A stretch of DNA of 60,751 nucleotides, the filler included, from Hausera hauseri (taxonomy: Eukaryota): the NCBI GenBank assembly GCA_046269625.1. It is 12 parts of 12 records of this genome, joined end to end, with 100 filler letters (N's around TTAATTAATTAA, not from the genome) between each part and the next. Parts side by side here need not be neighbours in the genome. Positions count along the whole stretch, not along the records: positions 1 to 7,766 come from JBJURY010904646.1; positions 7,867 to 11,913 come from JBJURY010794979.1; 10 more parts are not named here. The stretch is one strand, 5' to 3'. The position numbers and the translations under genes were made by a program. Position 1 is the stretch's first letter; the number at the start of each line of letters is the position of its first letter. Shown here piece after piece: positions 1 through 10,779 of the stretch. The notes under the pieces were generated by a model. It was not told the origin of the DNA. It saw nothing but the letters and a program-made list of their open reading frames with translations, and did no database searches.

Positions 1-1054
1 TTCATTTAAAAAATATTCCTTCCAATAACTTCAGTCAGAACCGTCTTAGCGCCATTGAGGATACCTATGCAAAATAAAAGTCAGCCATCTTGGATGTTTC
101 CTTATCACGTCGTTTTTTCGCATCTCCTCAATGATCGCATATAACAAGCTTTTAAGGGTAAGGGGCCCTGTTTCTCTGACCATGTCTTCTTTTTAAATAT
201 GTGTTCTATGTAATGCTGTTTCTATTTTGTCCTTAGTGTGTCTAGTTTCTATGATATGCACTCTTTTTTTTAATGCTTTCACGCTTATCCTCTTACAAGT
301 CCTTTCTTTGTTTACATCAGCGGTTCTTTTCGGCATAACTAATGGTTCTCGTCTAGTAAGTGTCTCATCTTACTTCGGTTATCTCTCATCTGTTTTGCTA
401 GGTCTTGTTCATCCATTTCTTTTTTCTTTAACCTTCACATGTAATAATAGTGCATGTATTACACTTCGCTGTTATTTTATAGTGTTTCATATACTTAATT
501 TCTCACTTATAGGAACTTCCCCTTTCGTTCTTCACCCTCTGTGGTTCCTTTCTGCATGCCTCTATCTTACACCCACGCTTTCCCCACTTGCACTACCCTT
601 TTAGGTCAACGTCTGGTGAGGGCCTGCTCTCTCTTTTTTTTTTTTCTCCCTCCCGTCGGCTTTTTGCCCTCTTAGCATCTCCTGTTACCAGGCCCTTTGC
701 GTTTCAATTTCCCTTCCATTCCCCGTCTTGCTATCTAGTAACTTTTTTTTTCCCCTCCACTTCACTAGGTCCTTCATGTAATTCTTTTCTTTTTCTCCCT
801 TCTCACTTGTCAGTTGGTCAGAAATAGGGGCTCATAAACCCATGAGGTGTCTAGCAGCATCTGTGTAAATTTCTGTTTATTGTGCTTATAACTAACTTTG
901 CACCATGTGTTTACATAGAGTCGTGTGGATCTGAATCAGACGTGTGTAATATCGCTCCGATGACCGGCTAAAAAACAGCGTTAAAGGGACTTATCACATC
1001 GTGAAGCTCCGTATCTCCATCAGCATCCCTTGGTTCCTGCATATTTTTTCTTAA

Positions 1055-2578
1055 ATGGAAACCACGCTAACATCAACACCTAAAACCTCTAAGATCAACA
1101 CACCAGCTGCGTCTCCCCTGCCTCCAGTTCTAACACCGCAGACAGCAGATGTCTCACGGAGGCTAGACCACTTTGCACAGCTGCAACAGCTACTGCAAAA
1201 TGCAACGACTCTGCTGGATATGTTAGATATCCCAGACACACCATCCAACCAACGTGTCAAAAAGACTCTTGCTCAGCTCTTCAAGGACACAAAGAACCTC
1301 GTCCAAAGGCAGCAACGCCTCTACTCAGGACTCCACGCAGAACATCAGAAAACGAACCTCACCTCAGCAACAGTTTTCCCAAGTGACTCTTCATCATCGC
1401 TTTCAACCATCTCCACAAACATCAAGAATCTAACCGCAAAGCTGGACACACAACTGAACACTATCAAGGACAACCTAATCTCACTAGAGCAATCAAACCA
1501 AACAATAATAACCTCTCTCAAGGTACAAGCGGCTCCCACAACGGGACTAACGCTTTTTCCAACACAGCCACAATCAATTCTTTCCACAAATCCATTGATC
1601 CCGAAATCACCATCCCCGGGTGTCATCGTCTCCTCCAAGAAAGAAGACCTAACCACAGCCCAACTGACAGAGCATCTCCAGAAATCGTCAGTCAACCCAG
1701 ACCTGGTGCTTCGCACTCAGCCGCTCTCGAACGGCGTCCTCATCCACTGCGCCACAAAGTACGACGAATGTGCCCTTAGGGAAGCTATCAACACTGATCC
1801 AGACCTCTCGGATAAAATACTTCTCCAGAACAAAGAACTGCCCAAACTCAAACTTATCGTATTAAACTTACCTGCAACAATAGTGGAAGCTGACATTCAT
1901 TCAGCCATAGCACGTTCCCTCAGCCTTCACCTGGAAGAAGTCCCAATAACGTTTCTGGAAACAAAGCTCTCCAAGTCAAAAGGAACACAGGAACTTTATC
2001 ACTGGGTTTTTGAATTACCAACTTTTCAAGCAAGGGCCTTGGGCCGTTTTTCATCTCTACAAATAGGCTTCCACAAATATACCACCCGAAAATACACAAA
2101 ACTAATCCGCTGCAACAACTGCCAGGTATTCGGGCACAGACAACAGGACTGCACGAATCCCACCTACTGTGCACAGTGTGGTGCATACGGCCACTCTTCA
2201 GAATCTTGCCACTCCAGAAGACAGCACTGCATCAACTGCGAACTCTCAAACGCAACTTTTCATACCAAATACATCCTAAAGCACGCAGCATCGGACCCTT
2301 TCTGCCCAACCTTCAGGGACGAAAGAAAATTTCAGAGTAAAATTGTGACACAAACGTATTGGGATTACTCAGAAACTCATAGCTCACTTAACTGCAACTC
2401 CTCTTACACTATTGCAAACACCCACACGGCAAGTGAAGCTCTGACCACAAGAAGATACTCAGTTTTCTCCGAAGGGAGTGTCACCCAGCAAGGCACGTCA
2501 ACACCCCAGCGGCCAACCTCACCAAAGAATTCATCACCCACATCACTGGCCACAACACCATGCAAAAAACAGAAATAA
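1055..2578 (+). CDS. Non-LTR ORF1, gag-like nucleic-acid-binding protein
   Basis: 507 aa with a coiled-coil N-terminus and three Zn knuckles: CNNCQVFGHRQQDC, CAQCGAYGHSSESC, CINC...HAASDPFCP. Confidence 0.93.
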   Translation: METTLTSTPKTSKINTPAASPLPPVLTPQTADVSRRLDHFAQLQQLLQNATTLLDMLDIPDTPSNQRVKKTLAQLFKDTKNLVQRQQRLYSGLHAEHQKTNLTSATVFPSDSSSSLSTISTNIKNLTAKLDTQLNTIKDNLISLEQSNQTIITSLKVQAAPTTGLTLFPTQPQSILSTNPLIPKSPSPGVIVSSKKEDLTTAQLTEHLQKSSVNPDLVLRTQPLSNGVLIHCATKYDECALREAINTDPDLSDKILLQNKELPKLKLIVLNLPATIVEADIHSAIARSLSLHLEEVPITFLETKLSKSKGTQELYHWVFELPTFQARALGRFSSLQIGFHKYTTRKYTKLIRCNNCQVFGHRQQDCTNPTYCAQCGAYGHSSESCHSRRQHCINCELSNATFHTKYILKHAASDPFCPTFRDERKFQSKIVTQTYWDYSETHSSLNCNSSYTIANTHTASEALTTRRYSVFSEGSVTQQGTSTPQRPTSPKNSSPTSLATTPCKKQK

Positions 2579-5500
2579 CAGTTCTTCAATGCAACCTGCA
2601 CAAAGCGAAAGCCGCAAATGCCCTGACAGCGAAGTACATGCAGGAGAATAAAATCGACATCGCCCTTCTCCAAGAGGTCCATCTCAGTAAGGAAGATATA
2701 CCAACAAGCTTCCCAAGCTCCTGGAGAATGTTCTCCTCGGGAAACAAAATGGCATGGATCATACAAGCAAATACGTCTATCTCAACCAAAGAATCCGTCA
2801 CCACAGAGTCCAGTGTCTTCATTGGTAGCCAGATGGAAGCAGGACAAGCCATCCTCGGCTCACAATACATCTCCCCAACTGCGGACATAGATGAAGCTCT
2901 GGATGAGTGGCACCATGCCATAACCACAAAAATCCCTTTCTTCCTGTCTGGAGATCTGAATGCAAGATCAGAACTTTGGGGCGGCGACCACGAAGACCGC
3001 AGAGGTACTGCAGTGATTGAACACCTCTCAGCTAATCTCCTCACGATCTTAAACACAGAAGACAGCCCCCCGACGTACCACAACGCAGGAAGACGAGGAT
3101 GGCCAGATCTGACCATAACAAACAACGAAGGTTACCAAATCGCCAACAACTGGAAAGTTCTGGACGTTTTCAATGCATCCGACCACAATTACATTACATA
3201 TACACTTCTGGCAGCACCACAAACACCGAGCAGAAGACGCTACAAAACTAAGTACGGTAACCACGCGAAGTTCAAAAAATTCCTTGAGCCAAATCTGGTT
3301 ACCTTGGCGGAACACCAGCCACAAACCACCGAAGAATTGGAGGCCCAAACAGAACACCTGATACACAGCATTAAAGATGCTAGTCGCAGAGCCTATGCTC
3401 TAAAAGGCATTACAAAACAAGCAAAATTCCGCTGGTGGACACCTCAACTTAGAAGAGAAAGGAATCGCCTAACAGCATTAAGGCGTCTGCTGCCAAAGCT
3501 ACCCGAAGAGGAAGCAATAAATCAAAGAATCCAAATAAGAAAACTACAAGCACTATACAGAAAAAATCTCAATCGAACAAAAGAAAAGGCATGGAAGGAC
3601 TTCTGCTCCACTCAAAAAGACACGTACGGCGTGTGCTTTAAACTCACGCATGACAAGCTCTTTACACCACCTGAATTGAAAGTCAAATGGGACGACCAAC
3701 ATATTGACAAGAAAAACCAATACATCCGACTTACAGAACATCTGTTTCCAACCGCACCGATACAGACCCAACAGCAAGCACCGACCATGCCAATAGATGA
3801 CCCACTGACATACACAGATTCACCATTCACCAGAGAAGAAGTTCGTCACGTCTTGTTCAAACAAAATGTAAACAAAGCACCAGGTCCAGACGGCATAGAC
3901 TTCCGCATCCTCCGTGAAGCTTTCAAACTAAACCCGGATTTCTTCACAAAATGGACGAACGCCTGTTTAAAGCTGGGCTACTTTCCCAAATGCCTGAGAC
4001 AGGGAGAGGTTGTCTACTTCCACAAGTCTGGTAAAGATCCATCGCAGCCGGAATCGTACCGCCCAATCTGCCTACTTCCCACACTGAGTAAAGTCTTGGA
4101 GAAGCTAACTGTACAACGTTTAACATACCATCTCGAAATAAACAACCTCCTCAGCGAAAGGCAGTACGGTTTCCGGGAAAACAACTCCTGTGAAAAAGCT
4201 CTCCATCATTTGATAAAGAAAGCCAGAAGTCATATTCAAGATCAAAGATACATCTCCATTGTCTCAGTAGATATCAAAGGTGCTTTCGACAACCTCCCCT
4301 GGTGCTCCATCAATCAGGCATTAGTACGTCTCAGAACACCCAGCAATATCAGAAGGGTCATAACATCATACCTACAGGACAGGTCGATACTTATCAACTG
4401 GGGCACAGGCACGCAATCACACCCCCTGTCTCGAGGATGTCCTCAGGGCTCCTGCGTCGGACCCGTCCTGTGGAACATCGTAGCAGATGACATAATAAAG
4501 AAAGCAACATTGAATGGAGCTGAGGTTTATGCATACGCGGATGACATGACCTTCATATTCACAGGCAATGCTATAAAAGAACTACAGAACAATGCTAATA
4601 AACACCTTACACAACTAGAAGAACATCTACAACGACACAATCTCAAGTTATCAGAAGGAAAGACTCAGGCCCTTACGTTGGCACTCAAAACCAAAACTAA
4701 ACCACCTATTAGATTCGGCAGTAGTTCGGCCAAACAGGTCAAAAAACTGAAACTGCTGGGACTAACGCTGGACCCACGCCTCAACTGGATCCCACATATT
4801 GAGGACCTTAAAAAACGTACAAGCCATAGACAGCTCGCCATTCATAGAGTTGCGACAAGAACCTGGGGCATACCCAGCCACCTGTTGAGAGAATGGTACA
4901 TGTCAGTCCAAGAGCGGCAATTGGTCTACGCCGCGGGGGTATGGCATCCAGGTCTGACAAAGGCAGCCAAAAAGAAACTTGAATCAGCACAGAGAACCAG
5001 CCTGCTGGGCATTGCCAGAGCTTATAGAACAACATCTACAGCAGCCCTACAAGTCATCACAGGCATTCCACCTATCAACCTGACAGCCGAAATGGAAGCT
5101 CTGAAATTTGCAGTTTTACACGGCGAAATACCCCCACAACAGTTACCGACAGAACTCCGCGATATCACAATCACACAAAAAGCACCCTCATGGAAGATCC
5201 ACCCAGGCAAAGACTCCGAGGATAGACAATTTAAGCTTATGAAATCAAATTACAAAAACACAAATGGCTACAAAATATACACAGATGGCTCGAAAACCCA
5301 GAATGGGGTCGGTGCAGCCTTCGCAGTCTTTGAAGACGGCATGCAGCAGGACAAATGGTCCTCTACACTATCTGCGCACAACTCGGTCTTTCAGGCAGAG
5401 CTGTGCGCCATCGGCAGTGCCCTAGACTGGGTACAGAGCCAAGATAAGCCCAATGTCAACATCTACACTGACAGCATGTCCAGTCTTCAAGCTTTAAAAT

Positions 5501-6084
5501 CTCATCGCTCCAAAAACCCGCAGGTTCAAGATATCAAAAATAAACTACACAAACTACGCCATAAAACAAGACTACATTACATCCCAGCTCACCAGGGATA
5601 CAGCGGGAATGAAGAAGCAGATAGATTGGCGAAGGCAGCAGCGAGAAAATCTCAGACAGACACCGTAATACCAGCACCCCTTTCTTACCTACGCAAGGTC
5701 TTGAAAAATCGCAGATGGACAGCATGGCAACGGAATTGGGACGATGGCGACACGGGAAGGTATACCCACCAACACCTTCCAAAAGTACAGCATCCAAAGT
5801 TAAGGCTCACTTCCGAAGTGACAGCTTTCCTCACAAACCATGGTCCCTTCCCCAAATACCTGCATCGATTTAAATGTCGAAACACAGACCTGTGCCCATG
5901 CGGCTCTTCTGGAGATGCCACGCACTACCTGTTCGACTGCTCCCTCACGAAGGAGTGGCATGTCAAACGTCCCCATGCAGATCATTACGCAAAATGGACA
6001 GAGCAAGTAGCTGGAGTCTCTCTTCTAGTTAACAAACTCAGGGCAATTTACCGCTTCTTGCAAGACCTGAAAAGGCTGACTTAA
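2560..6084 (+). CDS. Non-LTR ORF2: apurinic endonuclease, reverse transcriptase, RNase H
   Basis: 1174 aa, uninterrupted. APE motifs LQCN, LLQE, GDLNA, SDH; RT motifs APGPDG, YRPICLL, QYGFR, DIKGAFD, GCPQGS, YADD; RNase H motifs YTDGS, AEL, YTDS, HQGYSGNEEADRLAK; C-terminal CPCG..HYLFDC. Overlaps ORF1 by 19 nt. Confidence 0.97.
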   Translation: MQKTEITVLQCNLHKAKAANALTAKYMQENKIDIALLQEVHLSKEDIPTSFPSSWRMFSSGNKMAWIIQANTSISTKESVTTESSVFIGSQMEAGQAILGSQYISPTADIDEALDEWHHAITTKIPFFLSGDLNARSELWGGDHEDRRGTAVIEHLSANLLTILNTEDSPPTYHNAGRRGWPDLTITNNEGYQIANNWKVLDVFNASDHNYITYTLLAAPQTPSRRRYKTKYGNHAKFKKFLEPNLVTLAEHQPQTTEELEAQTEHLIHSIKDASRRAYALKGITKQAKFRWWTPQLRRERNRLTALRRLLPKLPEEEAINQRIQIRKLQALYRKNLNRTKEKAWKDFCSTQKDTYGVCFKLTHDKLFTPPELKVKWDDQHIDKKNQYIRLTEHLFPTAPIQTQQQAPTMPIDDPLTYTDSPFTREEVRHVLFKQNVNKAPGPDGIDFRILREAFKLNPDFFTKWTNACLKLGYFPKCLRQGEVVYFHKSGKDPSQPESYRPICLLPTLSKVLEKLTVQRLTYHLEINNLLSERQYGFRENNSCEKALHHLIKKARSHIQDQRYISIVSVDIKGAFDNLPWCSINQALVRLRTPSNIRRVITSYLQDRSILINWGTGTQSHPLSRGCPQGSCVGPVLWNIVADDIIKKATLNGAEVYAYADDMTFIFTGNAIKELQNNANKHLTQLEEHLQRHNLKLSEGKTQALTLALKTKTKPPIRFGSSSAKQVKKLKLLGLTLDPRLNWIPHIEDLKKRTSHRQLAIHRVATRTWGIPSHLLREWYMSVQERQLVYAAGVWHPGLTKAAKKKLESAQRTSLLGIARAYRTTSTAALQVITGIPPINLTAEMEALKFAVLHGEIPPQQLPTELRDITITQKAPSWKIHPGKDSEDRQFKLMKSNYKNTNGYKIYTDGSKTQNGVGAAFAVFEDGMQQDKWSSTLSAHNSVFQAELCAIGSALDWVQSQDKPNVNIYTDSMSSLQALKSHRSKNPQVQDIKNKLHKLRHKTRLHYIPAHQGYSGNEEADRLAKAAARKSQTDTVIPAPLSYLRKVLKNRRWTAWQRNWDDGDTGRYTHQHLPKVQHPKLRLTSEVTAFLTNHGPFPKYLHRFKCRNTDLCPCGSSGDATHYLFDCSLTKEWHVKRPHADHYAKWTEQVAGVSLLVNKLRAIYRFLQDLKRLT

Positions 6085-6174
6085 ACCTTCACGCACAAAG
6101 AATTCTCCTGTGTTCCTCCTGACTCTGTACCGTATATATTGCCCCACCTAGGGCAATGTAAATCGGCGTTGTAC

Positions 6175-6830
6175 GTTTATCTTTATAGAAAATTTTGCTC
6201 CCCTTGTTCATATTTCTTAGAGGTACCTTCCTGTTCTAACTTACCATCTACTTGTAGCATTTTTGTTGTATCACAATGTATTTAATCAGTCTCTATCCTG
6301 GCATCATCTTCCTTTTATAGTTATGTATTATCCCAACCTGGATAACGGAAATCTATCATCGATCGTAGTATCACAGTGTTTATTTTTAGTTTCTATCCTG
6401 GCATCATATTCTAATAGTTATGCCATTATCCCAATTCGAGTAATGAAAATCTGTCTTGGAAATATATCTTTATAGCATAAGTTGCTCTCCTGTACATAAT
6501 TCTTAGAAGCTTCATCTTGTTTTAACTTGCCAATTCCACGTAGTATTATTGTTGTTGAAAATCTGTCATTCAATTCATTGCTGTCTCACAGTGTTTACAT
6601 TTTGTTTATATCCCGCCATCTTTTTCTACATATAGTCACGATTGTATCCCTACCAGGGTATTGATTTTCCGTCTTGGAAGTCTATTTTTAAAGTATAACT
6701 TGCTCCCCTGTACATATCTCTTGTATTTTTACTGTTGCAGCACAGTGTTTGTATTTTGTTTCTTACTCCCTTGTTTTCCTGGCATCATACTGTTGTTTTA
6801 ATTATATCCTAGCATCCTTATATTCTCCAG
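6175..6830 (+). repeat. Degenerate ~100-bp tandem repeats in the putative 3' UTR of the non-LTR element
   Basis: GTATCACA at 6268 and 6368, and TATCCTGGCATCAT at 6294 and 6394 (period 100). A TTGCTCYCC(T)TGTWCATA-like motif recurs near 6195, 6482 and 6700. Confidence 0.7.
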
Positions 6831-7766
6831 CAAGTCCCAGCATGTAGTTTATAACGTTTTTTCTCTCTTATTATTTCTGTTAACTTACGTTCTCCGCAGT
6901 AATTAACTTGTGTGTTTATTGTTTAATGATACTCCTTAGCAAACCCTAGGTTTATACTCAACTTATCATGCTGGTATCATTTGAAATCCACTTTAGTTTG
7001 TCCACCATTCTGCCTTCTACAAAACCCTAGTTCTATTCCTCATAACGTAGCTGTTTTTTTTTTTTTTTTAAGTTTATTAATCCCTCTTTCGCCAGGCTCT
7101 TTCCTTTTTTTTTTTTTTTTTTTTCTCTTTTCCAAATTGCCTCCTCATCGCATATTCGCATTCTCTCTGTAATATTGGCATCTCTCATCATAGTCTCATA
7201 CTCCCATCCCTTTTCTTAATCCTGGCATTTTACGCATTTGTGTGTTGTTTAGTCTTGTCGAGTTCCTTACCTTTTTTGGTAATCCTGGCATTTCCCCCTT
7301 TTTGATGTTGTTTCAACATGTTTTTGCACTCCTTTCTTTGTTTTTAAATAGGTCGCAAAATTCCTCTTAATCTTGTGTTTCAACTCCTGTACTTGTTAAA
7401 TAGCGAGCACTTGTAAAGGGATGATGCCTCTGTGAAGGTCAGCTCCCTCGCGTTCTCGCTTGGTGTTGTCCTTTGTAGGGGCGCTGCCCATTCCTTTTTT
7501 GTATCCCTCTTTTGTTCATGGTGTTCCTCGTGCGAACGTTGCGCTACCGTCCGGTAGCCGGTCCGTCTCGCTCCTGGCGCGTTTCTTTCTGAAAGTCGGA
7601 GCCTCTGGCTCCGTCCCCGGGACTGGCGTGAAAAGCTACAAACTGGGTCTCCGGCCAAGTTAGCTGCCAGTTTCCGGCCTCTACCCTCTACCTACCTGGA
7701 ATGCCATTGTACGTTCATGCTTAGTCATTATGTCACATGTTAGTGCTACATGTCTGAAAGTTCTTC

Positions 7767-7866
7767 NNNNNNNNNNNNNNNNNNNNNNNNNNNNNNNNNN
7801 NNNNNNNNNNTTAATTAATTAANNNNNNNNNNNNNNNNNNNNNNNNNNNNNNNNNNNNNNNNNNNN
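7767..7866. other. Artificial contig spacer (44 N + TTAATTAATTAA + 44 N); first of 11
   Basis: Identical 100-bp spacers at 7767, 11914, 16328, 22134, 26349, 31596, 36061, 40745, 45280, 49785 and 56529. TTAATTAATTAA puts a stop in all six frames. Confidence 0.99.
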
Positions 7867-8975
7867 AATGCAATGCATTGAACTTATTGAGACAATTCTC
7901 AATGACTTCAGTGTTCATAACAAAATCGCTTTATCAGTGATGAAAATTGTCGAGCTTTTGAATTCGTTTTCCTCACTGGAATATCAAGGTTTTATAAGTC
8001 GCTTCAAATTACAGATAACGAATGTTCAGTATTTAATGCAGTAGCAGTGGCTTAAAACCATGGGATTGAAAATAGAATCTGGAATAAGAAAGCCTGGATA
8101 TTCACTTATTGGGCATGGAAGCGGTTTTGAATGGGAACTTAGTCCAGAATATTTCACAAGACGAACGAATCTGGTTAATAAATTGAAGAAACCTTATGTT
8201 TCTTCCACTCATTTTTTTGGTAGAAGACAAGTCAATAGACTGAACTTTCTTTTCGGATTCGTTGGTGTCGTTGCATTTGTTTATTTCCTTTACAACTGAA
8301 CGCATCACATGAGAATTCGACGAAATGCCGGTATATTTATTGCGCTTAATATAAGAATCGATTAGTTTTGTTAAAGGTTTCGATGATTTAATTGTTTTGT
8401 AACTAAGGACGATCGTTGAACATTTGACATGAGCTTATGATATCTATCAGAATACTTCGTTCTACCACGGTACTCAGCACTGTCCAATGAACATAATTCT
8501 TTTCTTTGGATCCGTGTATTCATAATGATGACTTCTATACTGTTTAAATAATTATGATTCATTGACAGCGTGATTTTTCTTCGGAATTATAATAGTACTT
8601 GGATTTCCAGCTATTGATTCGTGAATCCGCTCTGTAGAAATCCTTGAATATTTTCGAAGATCGTGATCTACATCTTGAACGAGTTCTTTTGCGATCATAA
8701 TCAGATTGATCTTTTGAGCTTGCTTCATTTCTTGATCGTTTATTACGCGAATCGATTTTGTCACATGAAAAATCCGATGAAGATTCTGATGAATACTTTT
8801 ATCTTTTGTAATACCGATAATTTTCCTTTGAAACATTTATTCGTGTTCGTTTTAACAATATAGAAGATGTCGATTTGAAATAATCACAGTTCTTTATTGA
8901 TGAAGGATTTGGTGATTTCCAGCCTTTGGTACGATTGGCCTGGTCGCGCGGAACGGTAATTCGGACTTCAAATCG

Positions 8976-9112
8976 TTTCCGTAAGTCAATTCCTGATTTA
9001 AGTGTTTCGCATACAATTTCATCCTGAGGATTCGCTTGTACGTGTTTTTCTACTTCCTCAATTTGTATATCATCTGATAAAAGTCAAAGTCGTCACAAAA
9101 TTCATTAGACAT
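8976..9112 (-). pseudogene. VPS52: N-terminal fragment of VPS52 (GARP complex subunit), frameshifted
   Basis: Manual translation MSNEFCDDFD/SDDIQIEEVEKHVQANPQDEIVCETLKSGIDLRK resembles my recollection of the VPS52 N-terminus (SDEFILDEVDVHIQANLEDELVKEALKTGVDLRH). Similarity stops abruptly. Confidence 0.7.
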
Positions 9113-9346
9113 TAGGCTTCAAAAAATAAACAAATATTCTCAACGNNNNNNNNNNNNNNNNNNNNNNNNNNNNNNNNNNNNNNNNNNNNNNNNNNNNNNN
9201 NNNNNNNNNNNNNNNNNNNNNNNNNNNNNNNNNNNNNNNNNNNNNCGGGGAGTAGGACCCGACTATCGATCCGACGCGGCGACAGCGGACGCCCGGGCGT
9301 GCCCAACCAAATGGGCCACAGGACACCGGACGCGATGGGCACCACA
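9014..9346 (-). repeat. 233-bp direct repeat, copy A (LTR-like start plus VPS52 5' end), interrupted by a 100-N gap
   Basis: Near-identical to 10112-10344. On the minus strand it starts TGTGGTGCCC after purine-rich AGGGTGTGA. Confidence 0.85.
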
Positions 9347-10111
9347 TCACACCCTGTGGCAAAATGAAAACTATAAACAGCTGAACAGACGGAAAGAAAA
9401 ATCGCCAAACAAAAAATGTATGTGTAGTTGGTCTTAGTGTGAAAAAGTCATTGGGTGCCTTCTACTGATTTTTCCTTGCTATACTTGCTAAACGTGACTC
9501 TGAATGTTTTGGCTTTATGCGGTGTGTTTGCTTGCAGAGGTTGAAATTGGGGAAAAAATTGTCAGATTTTGTTGTGAGTGTTGTGCCGTGCAAAGACGAG
9601 TCAGAACGAAGCGAAGAAGAAGGTAAAGAAGGGAAAAAGATTGTTGGAGACGGATGGTTAAAGATATTCAAGAGAGTGTTAGAAGACGAATTAGTGACAA
9701 AAGGTGAAGTAGTGGATGAAGAAGAAGAGATGAGAATTGAAGTAGAAATTGAAATTGTGTTAGGCGAAAGAGTAGAAGTAGAAGATGAGACTAAGGGAGC
9801 GGTAGAGAAAAGGAGAGAGATATAGGAATAAAAGTAGGTGTGGAGAATGATGAAGTAAAATTTGAAGCAGAAGGAGAAGTTGAAACTGGTGCAGCAACAA
9901 ATAAAGGAACAGCGGGAAATGTAGGAGTGAGAAAAGAGGTTGTCGTGTCGATTGGTGAAGTGTCGTCGACAAAGAAGGCGGGCTTTAAATTGGTAATATG
10001 TACTGTAAGTTCTTTGCCGTCTTTAGAGATAACAGCATTATGTGAATGCAGCTGTATTAGTTTATAGGGTCCCACATACCGCGGCTGAAAACAGCACGGT
10101 GTTTGATTTTT
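9347..10111 (-). mobile_element. Gypsy integrase C-terminal (GPY/F) fragment and 3' region
   Basis: FQPRYVGPYKLIQ...VHITNLKP motif, then a Ser/Thr-rich tail and a PPT-like tract before repeat copy A. Confidence 0.8.
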
Positions 10112-10344
10112 CAATTTCATCCTGAGGATTCGCTTGTATGTGTCCTCCTACTTCCTCAATTTGTATATCATCTGATAAAAGTCAAAGTCATCACAAAATT
10201 CATTAGACATTAGGCTTCAAAAAATAAACAAATATTCTCAACGCGGGGAGTAGGACCCGACTATCGATCCGACGCGGCGACAGCGGACGCCCGGGCGTGC
10301 CCAACCAAATGGGCCACAGGGCACCAACCGCGATGGGCACCACA
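10112..10344 (-). repeat. 233-bp direct repeat, copy B (LTR-like start plus VPS52 5' end)
   Basis: Near-identical to 9014-9346 once the gap is removed. Encodes SDDIQIEEVGGHIQANPQDEI. Confidence 0.85.
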
Positions 10345-10779
10345 AGTGTTTTCGGATTATCCATTTTTATGGTGTATTTTTATAATGTTAATACAACGTT
10401 TACAAATTGTGCATTCACTTCAGATGTATTTATTGTCTGATTTTATAATTGTGCTACCTGTTTCACAGAATTTACAACCAAAATTATTTGAAGCCATGCG
10501 CATTGTATATTTTTACAATTGAAATGTTGGGAGTAGTAATAAAAGGGCTGGTGTAGGTCGGTTTTTGAAATTTTTAGAAAATGTTTATGAACGAGTCGTG
10601 GTTGCGGGTGGGTGAATAAAATTTTTTTAATTTGATGGCCCGGCCTAATCCAATCTCTTTATAACTGCTGGAGCAATGCATTTAAGCAGGCCAAAAAAAT
10701 CAATAAGGTAAGTTGTAATGAGTGGCCTTTTCATTTTTAATCATTACATTATGTAATGTAGATATCTTATTATTTTAGT

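Larger units (their letters stand above)
911..7766 (+). mobile_element. Full-length non-LTR retrotransposon, R1/LOA-like (RNase H-containing)
   Basis: Two intact overlapping ORFs (gag-like; APE-RT-RNH-Zn knuckle). DPE-like AGACGTG at 938-944 suggests a 5' end near 911. The 3' end is not seen before the spacer, so boundaries are approximate. Confidence 0.85.

Noticed and set aside
227-827. Hydrophobic ORFs (also 6263-7172)
   Set aside because: By-products of T/C-rich low-complexity sequence.
2560-2578. Programmed -1 frameshift between ORF1 and ORF2
   Set aside because: The A-run is not a correctly phased slippery heptamer in the ORF1 frame, and ORF2 has its own ATG.
1345-6006. Antisense and alternate-frame ORFs within the LINE (and within the Gypsy and PolB regions)
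   Set aside because: Shadow ORFs of the real coding frames, with no independent motifs.
7811-7822. TTAATTAATTAA palindrome repeated through the window as a biological site or CRISPR-like repeat
   Set aside because: Always centred in 88 Ns; it is an artificial linker.
8040-8130. ALKBH1-like peptide (EYPGFLIPDSIF) on the minus strand
   Set aside because: Too short to support a call.
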